Part shown: positions 18,904 to 27,463 of the stretch, piece after piece
Layout of the letters: every line of letters starts with the position of its first letter
Position numbering within the stretch: position 1 is the stretch's first letter
Assembly: GCA_050253075.1 (NCBI GenBank)
Contig: JBFWJS010000007.1
Location: forward strand, 64,001-128,000
Reading direction: 5' to 3'
DNA: 64,000 nt
Origin: Deferribacterales bacterium
GTDB lineage: Bacteria; Chrysiogenota; Deferribacteres; Deferribacterales; Geovibrionaceae
Notes under the pieces: model-generated
Told to the model about the DNA's origin: nothing
Databases searched by the model: none
The model's input: only the letters and a program-made list of their open reading frames with translations
Made by a program: the position numbers and the translations under genes

Positions 18904-19035
18904 GTCACTCTGAGGAGCCTAGCGACGTGAGAGTCTCATGGCTTTTGATAAGCAAAACCTCATAGTCACTGTGACGTTAGCGCTTGATTAGCAATAGCTT
19001 TAGATTCTTACGCCTGTGTGCAGGCTCAGAATGAC
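18904..19035. repeat. CGTC-family/RPE-like palindromic element
   Basis: Termini GTCACTCTGAG...CTCAGAATGAC (10/11 inverted), internal GAG-GAGCCTAGCGACGTG and AGATTC segments. Confidence 0.75.
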
Positions 19036-19059
19036 AATTTAAAATCTCTTTGAAACAAA

Positions 19060-19094
19060 AAAATCCCCAATCTTTTATTAAGACTGGGGATTTT
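19060..19094. terminator. Bidirectional intrinsic terminator
   Basis: AAAATCCCCA...TGGGGATTTT stem between convergent genes. Confidence 0.75.
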
Positions 19095-19162
19095 GTATTC
19101 TATTGAAATATTATCTCGTCATAATCCTATCCTGCAGCAAGCTAATCTTAAAGAGGGCTTTT

Positions 19163-19600
19163 TTATATCTTTGTGATGAGGATGCTGATAGGGCAGTGGC
19201 GCAGTATCTTCCCTGCTGTGCTGCCGTGTACGATGCGTTTGAACCCGCCTTCGCCGTGGGAGCCGATGACCACAAGGTCGTAGTCGCCGTCTTCCATCTC
19301 GTAAAGAGCCTCTATGTACGGCGTGCCTCTGCGGACATAGCTTTCCCACTCCATATCTTTCAGAACAGGTATATCGTCTTCAAGTTTGTTAAAGTTTTCT
19401 TCAACTTCCTGATCAATCTTTTTCTTAATTTCTTTATACTGGCTTTCATTTATGTATAGAGAAAACTGGCTCTGGTCGTGGGCTACGTGCAGAACGGTGA
19501 GCTTGCTCCCCTGGCACTTTGCTATCTTTGCTGCTTCTTCCACAGCCTTTTTGGAATAATCGCTGAAATCGGTCAAAGTAAGAATGTGTTTGTAACTCAT
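19163..19600 (-). CDS. Universal stress protein
   Basis: YKHIL..TDFS..S, DLVVIGSHG..G....HGSTA.KILRHCPISIL. Confidence 0.95.
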   Translation of the reverse strand: MSYKHILTLTDFSDYSKKAVEEAAKIAKCQGSKLTVLHVAHDQSQFSLYINESQYKEIKKKIDQEVEENFNKLEDDIPVLKDMEWESYVRRGTPYIEALYEMEDGDYDLVVIGSHGEGGFKRIVHGSTAGKILRHCPISILITKI

Positions 19601-19704
19601 TTAATAAACTCCTTAAAGGTTATATTAATTATAAGCTCCCATCTCTCCTATTTCAAGTTAACTGTCCCTTTGAAATTTTTACGGCTTATGCTATTGTGTT
19701 GTTC

Positions 19705-20145
19705 ATGAAAAATAATAAATTTATGCTGATCATGCTGTCGATATTTCTGTTTAGCTCACAGGTTTTTGCGGCGGAGAAGTTTGTGAGGAAATATTCTGAG
19801 GATATAGACCTGACAAAAAGCTCTGTAGAGGCGGATGTCGGCAGATACCATATAAAGGCGGATATGTCCCGCCCTGCGAAACCTTTCAGGGAGATCGTAT
19901 TCAGATTTCACATCACCCGTGACGGCGAACCCGTTGCTTTGGACGAGGGCGAGGTGAAGTTTAATATGGTGATGGATATGGGGCTTTACAAAGCCCGCCT
20001 GCAGAAAGCCGCCACTGGATATTCCGCTAAGATAACACTGCCTAAGTGCATCTTCGGCGGGGAGAGATGGTTTGCAAAGCTGGAATTCGAAGAGGGTAAA
20101 TTCTCTGCGGAGAAGGTCTTCCTCTTTGACATGGACGAAAAATAA
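19705..20145 (+). CDS. Exported hypothetical protein (YtkA/FixH-like, MxMDMG...LPKC)
   Basis: Signal peptide ending VFA; Met-rich motif and LPKC; family call tentative. Confidence 0.6.
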   Translation: MKNNKFMLIMLSIFLFSSQVFAAEKFVRKYSEDIDLTKSSVEADVGRYHIKADMSRPAKPFREIVFRFHITRDGEPVALDEGEVKFNMVMDMGLYKARLQKAATGYSAKITLPKCIFGGERWFAKLEFEEGKFSAEKVFLFDMDEK

Positions 20146-20166
20146 ATGGAAGAGCTGACATATATC

Positions 20167-20264
20167 CGTCACTGCGAGGAAGCTGTGCTTACGAAGCAGT
20201 CTTATACTTTTGAACTATACAATGTCGGAAGATTGCCGCAGCCATTGCATGGCTTCGCAATGAC
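20167..20264. repeat. CGTC-family/RPE-like palindromic element lying between two copies of an 18-bp gene start
   Basis: CGTCACTGCGAG...TCGCAATGAC termini; ATGGAAGAGCTGACATAT occurs at 20146 and 20284. Confidence 0.8.
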
Positions 20265-20283
20265 TGATCATAAGGGCTGACAT

Positions 20284-20943
20284 ATGGAAGAGCTGACATA
20301 TCTGGGTTTTTTGACGATGGGCTTTTCTGTGGGGTTCGGGCACTGCATAGGCATGTGTCACCCGTTTGTACTATATGTTTCGGGAAGATTTGTCGGTGAG
20401 AGGAAAGGGTATTCCGCTCTTTTCATACCACATATAAAATATAACCTCGGACGCATCATCACATACGGATTCCTCGGGCTTATCGCAGGATTTGCGGGGG
20501 ATATGATGTCTGTGGTAGGGCGTCTTATGGGTATACAGAAAGGTGCTGCGATCGTCGCAGGTGCTTTTCTGGTTTTATACGGCGTTTTGTCCTTCATCGG
20601 ATATAACTTTATGAACAAGCTGGAGCATAAGCTCGCCGGCGGAGCATTCGTGGCGAAGCTGAAAAAGTTTCAGCCGAAGTCTGCACTGGCAACGGGGCTC
20701 GTCCTCGGATTTCTGCCATGCGGACCGCTCTATGGGATGATAATAGCATCAGCCTCCACAGCAAGCGCGCCCAGAGGCTTTTTGTCTATGATACTTTATG
20801 GATTGGGGACGTCTGTCGCTATGATGACGACGTCAGTTTTCGGAAATTATTTAATGTCCCGCAGGGGACTATTTAACCTGTTATCATTGATACTCATGGT
20901 CTGCATGGGTGTATTCTTCATATGGTCAGGGATAAGGATGTGA
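20284..20943 (+). CDS. DsbD_2 / TauE-SafE-like membrane protein (often associated with cbb3 assembly)
   Basis: GHCIGMC, YNLGRIITY, GFLPCG.LY, YGLGT. Confidence 0.88.
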   Translation: MEELTYLGFLTMGFSVGFGHCIGMCHPFVLYVSGRFVGERKGYSALFIPHIKYNLGRIITYGFLGLIAGFAGDMMSVVGRLMGIQKGAAIVAGAFLVLYGVLSFIGYNFMNKLEHKLAGGAFVAKLKKFQPKSALATGLVLGFLPCGPLYGMIIASASTASAPRGFLSMILYGLGTSVAMMTTSVFGNYLMSRRGLFNLLSLILMVCMGVFFIWSGIRM

Positions 20944-20944
20944 C

Positions 20945-21820
20945 ATGAACAAGGGAGTTTTCTTTATACTAGCTGCTGCCGTACTCTGGGGAACTACAGG
21001 TACGACACAGGCTTTCGCACCGATGGATGCTTCGCCCCTCACAGTGGGCACAATGAGACTGCTGGTGGGCGGTGTAGGTCTGATGATAGTTGCCGTAATA
21101 GGGCGGTCATTCACAGGAAGCAGGTTTAACCCGTTTTTAGTAATATTAGGCGCGGCTCTCGTCGCTTTATATCAGATAGCCTTCTTCTCCGCCGTGAAGA
21201 TGACAGGCGTTGCCGTCGGCACTATCGTAGCGATAGGCAGCGGTCCTGCATTTGCGGGTGTTCTCAGCCGACTCATACTCAAAGAGCATCTTAATAAAAA
21301 GTGGTACTTTTCGACACTGCTCGCCGTAATAGGCTGTACGTTCCTCGTGCTTTCGGGCGGTGCCGATGTTTCCATTAATCCTTTCGGTATACTCTGCGCC
21401 CTTACATCCGGTTTCGGCTATGCGGGCTATACTATGGTGGTGAAGGTTATGCTGGAAAGAGCGAGGGGGAATGCCATCATGTCTCTGCTCTTTGTGGGCG
21501 GAGCTCTGATAATGCTCCCTGTGCTGTTCATATACGACATGTCCTGGCTGTTTACCCCGAGGGGAGCCGCTTCTATGGCTTATCTGGGTATATTCACGAC
21601 AACCGTATCATACATATTCTTTGCTAAGGGGCTTAAGCTGATCTCTGTGGCGAAGACGACGACACTCTCTCTGGGAGAGCCTCTTACGGCTTCTCTGCTC
21701 GGTATAATAGTACTAGGGGAAACACTCAACTCTATGGTTGTGGCGGGTATCCTGTGCCTGTTTACGGGGATTGCTGTGCTCAGCGTAGAGAGGAAGAAAT
21801 CACCTGTTAATGCGGAGTGA
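20945..21820 (+). CDS. EamA/DMT family transporter
   Basis: AAVLWGTTGT, TGVAVGT.VAIGS.P, LSLGEPLTA; 10 TM segments. Confidence 0.9.
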   Translation: MNKGVFFILAAAVLWGTTGTTQAFAPMDASPLTVGTMRLLVGGVGLMIVAVIGRSFTGSRFNPFLVILGAALVALYQIAFFSAVKMTGVAVGTIVAIGSGPAFAGVLSRLILKEHLNKKWYFSTLLAVIGCTFLVLSGGADVSINPFGILCALTSGFGYAGYTMVVKVMLERARGNAIMSLLFVGGALIMLPVLFIYDMSWLFTPRGAASMAYLGIFTTTVSYIFFAKGLKLISVAKTTTLSLGEPLTASLLGIIVLGETLNSMVVAGILCLFTGIAVLSVERKKSPVNAE

Positions 21821-24229
21821 GTTGAAGACAACTGCGAGGCTGCTGACGCTCATTAAAGCTGCGGAGAATACAGGGTGGATGGTGCCTGTCACTGCGAGGG
21901 GAACCATCACTATGTTGTATGAAAAAGCCCAGAAGAGGTTCTGCTTTATAACTCTCAGTGTGATCACTGATGTGTCATAAACTGTTGCGACCAGCTTCAG
22001 CTCGTCTCTCATAAGTACGATGTCGGAGCTTTCTATGGCTATATCTGTCCCTTTACCTATCGCTATGCCCACATCAGCCGTGGTGAGTGCCGGTGCGTCG
22101 TTTATGCCGTCGCCCACCATTGCGCAGACCTTTCCGTCTTTCTGAAATGATTTAACCACGTCTGCTTTTTCAAAAGGGGTAACTTCGGCAATGTATGTAA
22201 GGTTTGGTATGGCTAGCCTTTCCACCAGCTTTGCTGCTGCCTGTTCGTTATCGCCTGTTAGTATAACTGTCTGTACGTTTCTCTTGGACAGCTGTTTCAG
22301 CATTTCTACGGCATCTTTCCTTATGGTGTCGGACAGGGTCATAAAACCGCCGAACTCGCCGTTGATGGATACGCATGCGGCTGTGTAGCCGTTCTTTATA
22401 TGCTCCATGACCTCATCATCCGGTGTCTGTACGCCGTTTTCCTTCAGGTATGATAATGTACCCGCCAGAACATTAAGACCGCTTACAGAGCCGCTGAGCC
22501 CTTTACCCGGGTGTTCTTTGAAATTCTCTACTGGGAGGAACTCGTCCAGATATTCACCAGTGATTGCCTTTGCTATCAGGTGTGATGAGTGCCTTTCGAG
22601 GGAGGCTGTTATTTTAAGGAAGTCTTCACGGGTGCTGACGATGTTTTCAACCTTCAGCTCGCCCTTAGTTATTGTTCCTGTTTTATCGAATATTATAGTA
22701 TTTGCTCTGCTGAGTATCTCGATGATGTCGCCTGCTTTAGCCACTGCGCCCAGCTTCGTTATCTTAGAAGTGGCGATGAGTATCGCAAGGGGCGTAGCGA
22801 GACCGAGAGCGCACGGACATGCTATTACCAGCACGGATACGGCGTTCATGGTGGATGTGAGCACCTCGCTCGAATAGTAATACCACCCTGCGAATGTCAG
22901 GAAGCCTATGGTGATGATTGTCGGGACAAACCAGCCGACGACCTTATCTGCGACGTTCTGTATTGGTGCTTTGGCTGACTGTGCATCCTCCACCGCCTGT
23001 ACTATGCGTGAGAGGGTGGTTGTTGCCCCTGTATGTTCCACCTGAATGATCAGCTTTCCATTTATGTTGCCCGTACCTGCGAATACCTTTGCGTCTGCAC
23101 CTTTTGTCTGCGGGAGCGGTTCGCCTGTGAGCATGGATTCGTTCACCTCGGATGTGCCGTATAGCACAATGCCGTCAGCAGGGATGGAATCCCCGGGTAA
23201 AACCTCAAGGATATCGCCGTGGCGTATCTGCTTAACGGGGACAGTTTCAGAGGATATCCTGCCCGATGTATAGGCATCTATATCAAAATCGGCGATATAC
23301 CGAACCTGTGTTGGCTGATATGTCAGCAGTTTTGATACTGCGTTGGAAGTCTTTGCCTTTGCTCCTGCCTCTATGTATCTGCCGAGGAGGATGAGGGTTA
23401 TTATCATCGATGCCGTGTCGAAGTAGACCTCTCTGTCGAGGAACAGTGCGAATATACTGTATATGTATGCTGCGGACGAACCCATGAATATAAGGGTGTC
23501 CATAGTGGTGTGGCCGCGCTTTATAGCAGCGAGTGAGCTCCGCATGAAGGGAAGCCCGGAATAGAATATGACAGGTGTGCTGAGAAGCCAAGCTGCGTAT
23601 TGAAACATGGTGCGCAGACCTGTGTCTATCCCCTGAAAGTAGCCCGCATAGAGTGCTACTGTGTATATCATAAGCTGCATGCTGAAGAATGCGCCGATGG
23701 AAAACCGGAAGAAGTAATCCTTCTTCTCTTTTTCATATATTGTGGCTGTGCCTGATTCGCTTATGGGGAGAGGGCAGTATCCTATGGATGAGATCCTGTC
23801 GATGATCTCCCGCAGAGTTATCACACCTTTTGTCCAGCGGATTTTCGCCTTGTGCGTGGCATAGTTTACACGCACGGATTCTATGCCTTCCGCTTTTGAA
23901 AGGTATGTCTCTATAAGCCAAATACATGCGGCACACCTGATGCCTGAGAGGGCCAGATTAACCTCGTATCCCGTGTCGGTCTCGAGAACAGCGTCTATGA
24001 AGAGCTCTTCGGAGACATTCGACTTAACAACGGCTCCCGGCTCCCAGCTTTCGTCCCTTTTGGAGTAAAACTTTGAAAAGCCTTCCTCCTGAAGGAGCTT
24101 GTAAACACTGGAGCAGCCGGGGCAGCAAAAATAACATTCTTTTCCGTTTACTTCCTCGACTATCGCCTGATTACGGTTTGTCTCCAGCAGACAGTGCGAG
24201 CAGGTAACTGTTTTTTCGGCAGACGACAA
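21800..24229 (-). CDS. ccoI: Heavy-metal (Cu) P1B-type ATPase of cbb3 assembly
   Basis: CSHC and FCCPGC N-terminal domain, CAAC, TGEP, CPC, DKTGT, GDGINDAP; located in the cco cluster. Confidence 0.93.
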   Translation of the reverse strand: MSSAEKTVTCSHCLLETNRNQAIVEEVNGKECYFCCPGCSSVYKLLQEEGFSKFYSKRDESWEPGAVVKSNVSEELFIDAVLETDTGYEVNLALSGIRCAACIWLIETYLSKAEGIESVRVNYATHKAKIRWTKGVITLREIIDRISSIGYCPLPISESGTATIYEKEKKDYFFRFSIGAFFSMQLMIYTVALYAGYFQGIDTGLRTMFQYAAWLLSTPVIFYSGLPFMRSSLAAIKRGHTTMDTLIFMGSSAAYIYSIFALFLDREVYFDTASMIITLILLGRYIEAGAKAKTSNAVSKLLTYQPTQVRYIADFDIDAYTSGRISSETVPVKQIRHGDILEVLPGDSIPADGIVLYGTSEVNESMLTGEPLPQTKGADAKVFAGTGNINGKLIIQVEHTGATTTLSRIVQAVEDAQSAKAPIQNVADKVVGWFVPTIITIGFLTFAGWYYYSSEVLTSTMNAVSVLVIACPCALGLATPLAILIATSKITKLGAVAKAGDIIEILSRANTIIFDKTGTITKGELKVENIVSTREDFLKITASLERHSSHLIAKAITGEYLDEFLPVENFKEHPGKGLSGSVSGLNVLAGTLSYLKENGVQTPDDEVMEHIKNGYTAACVSINGEFGGFMTLSDTIRKDAVEMLKQLSKRNVQTVILTGDNEQAAAKLVERLAIPNLTYIAEVTPFEKADVVKSFQKDGKVCAMVGDGINDAPALTTADVGIAIGKGTDIAIESSDIVLMRDELKLVATVYDTSVITLRVIKQNLFWAFSYNIVMVPLAVTGTIHPVFSAALMSVSSLAVVFNSLRINR

Positions 24230-24397
24230 CTAGTCCCCCTTCTTGGCGGGGATGTCTTCCTCGTCATCGTCCAGCATACGGTATTTCGGCCCCTCAATGT
24301 CATCAAATTCACCTGATTTTGATGCCCAGAGGAAGATGATAAGCACTATCACGCCGAGTATCAGCGAGATAGGTATCATCATGTAAAGTGCGCCCAT
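24230..24397 (-). CDS. ccoS: cbb3 oxidase maturation protein (55 aa, not in the ORF track)
   Basis: Hand translation MGALYMMIPISLILGVIVLIIFLWASKSGEFDDIEGPKYRMLDDD...; FLWA..SG.FDD is the CcoS signature. Confidence 0.92.
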   Translation of the reverse strand: MGALYMMIPISLILGVIVLIIFLWASKSGEFDDIEGPKYRMLDDDEEDIPAKKGD

Positions 24398-24483
24398 CAG
24401 TTAGCGTATTTCAGTGCGTAAAACAGAGGGAGCCCTATCATAGATATAAGCGAGAGTATCATTACTATTGTTCCGATTCTCAT
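24397..24483 (-). CDS. 28-aa single-TM microprotein in the cbb3 assembly operon
   Basis: MRIGTIVMILSLISMIGLPLFYALKYAN; AGGAGG RBS; TGATG overlap with ccoS. Confidence 0.7.
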   Translation of the reverse strand: MRIGTIVMILSLISMIGLPLFYALKYAN

Positions 24484-24503
24484 AATAAAATCCTCCTGAT
24501 GTA

Positions 24504-24938
24504 TTAGTTGATATAAAAACTCTTCTGAAGGCTAACTTCTTGACCGTTTAATTTTCCTTTAGCCTTCAGAATGTGATAACCCTTTGTATTAAGGGTGACG
24601 ACGGTTTCGTAAACACCTTCGTCAGCCATTTTTGTGTTCAGCTTTTGTATCTCGTGGTCGGATGCGGGTCTTGTGATGTAAAACTCGGGGTCTGTGAAGT
24701 CCGCACCGCTGTTTTTATCCAGCATGAACTGCAGACTGACCATATTATCCGTGGTGACACAGCTCAGCACATCTAGATCGAGACCGTTTTCTGCTATCAG
24801 CTTTTTATCTTCGTCATATTTCAGCCCTGATTCATAAGGCTGTTCTACGACCTTACCGTCGAAGTATTTTATGCCTATGTATATGGACGGGGCTATTGTC
24901 ATAAATCCTATGAGGAATATTATCAGGCTTACTTTCAT
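24504..24938 (-). CDS. ccoH: FixH/CcoH family protein
   Basis: N-terminal TM, G.V.EQPYE.GL.Y, ITRPA; follows ccoG. Confidence 0.8.
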   Translation of the reverse strand: MKVSLIIFLIGFMTIAPSIYIGIKYFDGKVVEQPYESGLKYDEDKKLIAENGLDLDVLSCVTTDNMVSLQFMLDKNSGADFTDPEFYITRPASDHEIQKLNTKMADEGVYETVVTLNTKGYHILKAKGKLNGQEVSLQKSFYIN

Positions 24939-26161
24939 TAGTTCTTCCTTCTTATCGGTCTGCGGAAGCTCAGCTCGCTTTCGAGCGGCTTGCCGTCTTT
25001 GTCATTGCCTATGGAGAGCATTTTCAGGTTAAGTATAGGCTTCTTTTCCAGCTCTGATGCAGGGATGAAGAGGAACACCTTCTCTTTCAGTGTTTCATCC
25101 GGAGCGACAACCAGCGGCTGCGGATACTGGAGCTCATAGTTTTCATAATCTTTCAGCTTAAGCTGTACTGTCAGATTTTTCTTTGTAAGGTTTTTCAGCA
25201 TTATTTCGTAAGAGTTTATTACCTGATCATCCTTATACCTCGGCAGGAATGACGAGTTAGGGAACACCTGAAACTCGTACGGCTTCATGGTGAGAGCCAT
25301 AAACACGAATCCTGCGAAGAAGAGGAGGGTGATGAAACCCGTGATCAGTACGTTAGTACGGAAAGGCTTCTTAGTATTGCCGAAACCGTAGATGTAGTCT
25401 ATCAGAGTAGGCACGTCTTCGTCCTCTCTGGTCATTGTCTTTGTACAGGCGGAGATGCATCGTCCGCAGTTGATACACTGGCTGTCCATCCCCTGACGTA
25501 TATCGATGTTTACGGGGCAGGTGGTGACGCAGGCGTCGCACTTTACGCACTTATAGCTGGTTTCCGGGTCCATAGCGATGATCAGGGTGTGATCGTCGAA
25601 CATGACAGACTGAAACTTTGAATAAGGGCAGATAGTGGTGCAGAACCTGTATCTGATCAGGGTAAAGTTAAGGTATGTAAGCACAGTGAGCACTATGAAG
25701 AACCACATGGTGATGCTTCCGAGTGTGCCGTTAATTATGCCTGCGAAAAACTCGTAAGGCGATACAAAGTACCAGACCATAGAGCCTCCGAGGAGGGCGC
25801 TTATCGCTATTGTCGCTATATGATATAAAAGCTTTGTGAGAAAGCCGAGATTTTTCTTTTCAAGGAACTTTGTCCAGTTCATCACAACTGTCTGAGGACA
25901 GAGCCATCCGCACCATATACGGCCGTAAAGCTGTGTGATGACTATTATAAGGAACGTAAGCAGAAACGTGAATATGAGAACGATGAAGAAGTTCTCTATA
26001 TAAATAGTCTTACCGAAGAAGAGGAGCCCGAGCGACGGTATGTCGAATCGGAATACGCTCTCTCCGTTTATGCGCACAAAGGGGATGAAGAGATAGAAGG
26101 CAGTCCATATGATGCGGACTATCCATCTCTTTTGCTGAAGGTCGAGTCCGTTACTTTTCAT
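24938..26161 (-). CDS. ccoG: cbb3 accessory 4Fe-4S protein
   Basis: GRIWCGWLCPQT, FC..ICPY.KFQ, CVKCDACVTTCP, CINCGRCISAC. Confidence 0.92.
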   Translation of the reverse strand: MKSNGLDLQQKRWIVRIIWTAFYLFIPFVRINGESVFRFDIPSLGLLFFGKTIYIENFFIVLIFTFLLTFLIIVITQLYGRIWCGWLCPQTVVMNWTKFLEKKNLGFLTKLLYHIATIAISALLGGSMVWYFVSPYEFFAGIINGTLGSITMWFFIVLTVLTYLNFTLIRYRFCTTICPYSKFQSVMFDDHTLIIAMDPETSYKCVKCDACVTTCPVNIDIRQGMDSQCINCGRCISACTKTMTREDEDVPTLIDYIYGFGNTKKPFRTNVLITGFITLLFFAGFVFMALTMKPYEFQVFPNSSFLPRYKDDQVINSYEIMLKNLTKKNLTVQLKLKDYENYELQYPQPLVVAPDETLKEKVFLFIPASELEKKPILNLKMLSIGNDKDGKPLESELSFRRPIRRKN

Positions 26162-26300
26162 CGTCGTCGTCCAGCATGTCGTACTTGGCCTGTTCGATCT
26201 TGTCTTTATTCTTTTTGGAGTAGTTATAAATAATTATCCCTGCGAAAATTAATACCAGACATATGCCGTATGCAAGGAATGTGAGTGGACTTCCAATCAT
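26151..26300 (-). CDS. ccoQ: CcoQ-like cbb3 small subunit (49 aa, not in the ORF track)
   Basis: Hand translation MIGSPLTFLAYGICLVLIFAGIIIYNYSKKNKDKIEQAKYDMLDDDDEK; AGGAG RBS; one TM plus acidic tail. Confidence 0.75.
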   Translation of the reverse strand: MIGSPLTFLAYGICLVLIFAGIIIYNYSKKNKDKIEQAKYDMLDDDDEK

Positions 26301-26326
26301 AGTCTTCTCCTTGTGTTGGAAAGATA

Positions 26327-26348
26327 GGGGCGGCTTTTATACCGCCCC
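26327..26348 (-). other. Intra-operon GC-rich hairpin
   Basis: GGGGCGG-N8-CCGCCCC, no U-tract. Confidence 0.55.
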
Positions 26349-26355
26349 GTTATGG

Positions 26356-26550
26356 TTATTTAACGTCTTTCATGACCTCTTCAAGCTGTTTTTCCTGTGA
26401 CCAGCCGCTAAAGGCAGGTGTGTAGGCGTAAACATAGTATATACCGAATACTATGAGTCCTATGAAAAGGATCAGCCATCCGAGCGGAAGTACATTTTCA
26501 GTATCTTCCCTGTGAAACTCTTCCAGGTTATCAAATTCTTCCTGAATCAT
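26356..26550 (-). CDS. CcoP N-terminal (FixP_N-like) domain-only protein
   Basis: EN.LP.GW..LF.G...FG.YY; 64 aa; no CxxCH. Confidence 0.8.
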   Translation of the reverse strand: MIQEEFDNLEEFHREDTENVLPLGWLILFIGLIVFGIYYVYAYTPAFSGWSQEKQLEEVMKDVK

Positions 26551-26564
26551 AACGTACCTCCTTA

Positions 26565-27452
26565 TTATTTGTTAAGGCTTTTGATGTATTCAACGATAGA
26601 CCATATCTTCTCTTTGCTGAACTTGGATGCGTAGCCAGGCATTGCGCCTTCGTATCCGTTAGCAATAGTGATGTATGTATCGTTGTCGGCATTGCCGTAG
26701 CCGGCATAGTCAACAAGGGATGCACCGATGTTTCCTTCTGCGTTCTGACCGTGGCAGCCTGCACATTCAGCCTTATAGAGAGCCTGACCTGTGGCGATTG
26801 CGTCTGCATTGCCTTCGAGCGGGCTCATTTCTTCTATGTCAGCATAGTCAACAGTGATGACAGCTTCTTTCGCGATGGATGTACCGAGAACCTGCATGTA
26901 GGCTACCATAGCATCGAGCTGTGTAGCGCCTTCGAGCTCAGCGGCTTCTTCCTCTGTGTATGGGAAGCCGAGGGCGTCCATACGTGCGAGAGTCTCTTTC
27001 ACGTTAACTTTCTTCTCTTTGAACCAAGGGTACGGAGGCATGTTAGACTTCGGATAGAAAGCCTGTGGGCTTTCGAAGTGCTGGATATGCCACTCGTCAG
27101 GGTATTTACCGCCGATTCTCGCAAGGTCGGGACCTGTTCTCTTGGAACCCCAAAGGAATGGTCTGTCGTATGCGAATTCGCCGGCTTTAGAGTATGCGCC
27201 GTATCTCATAACGTCAGCTTTAAGCGGACGTACTGTCTGTGTGTGACAGTTGATACAACCCTCAGCCTGATAAACGTCGCGTCCTGCCAGCTCGAGAGCC
27301 GTGAAAGGCTTAAGACCGTCTGTCTTCGGGTGCATACCTTCTGTAAACATAGGTACGAATACTGTGACGATAGTACCTATAAGGACTGTAACAGCCGCTG
27401 CTATAGAGAACAGGAGGGCTTTGTTATAGATAGAATTTTCATTCTTGCTCAT
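26565..27452 (-). CDS. ccoO: cbb3 oxidase subunit II fused to an extra cytochrome c domain
   Basis: EGCINCHTQ.VRP, PFLWGSKRTGPDLARIG, second haem site CAGCH...G.MP. Confidence 0.95.
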   Translation of the reverse strand: MSKNENSIYNKALLFSIAAAVTVLIGTIVTVFVPMFTEGMHPKTDGLKPFTALELAGRDVYQAEGCINCHTQTVRPLKADVMRYGAYSKAGEFAYDRPFLWGSKRTGPDLARIGGKYPDEWHIQHFESPQAFYPKSNMPPYPWFKEKKVNVKETLARMDALGFPYTEEEAAELEGATQLDAMVAYMQVLGTSIAKEAVITVDYADIEEMSPLEGNADAIATGQALYKAECAGCHGQNAEGNIGASLVDYAGYGNADNDTYITIANGYEGAMPGYASKFSKEKIWSIVEYIKSLNK

Positions 27453-27463
27453 TGTCAGCCTCC

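Noticed and set aside
20278..20280. In-frame TGA as selenocysteine or readthrough codon
   Set aside because: Upstream peptide is repeat-derived, no SECIS recognised, and the downstream gene has its own complete N-terminus
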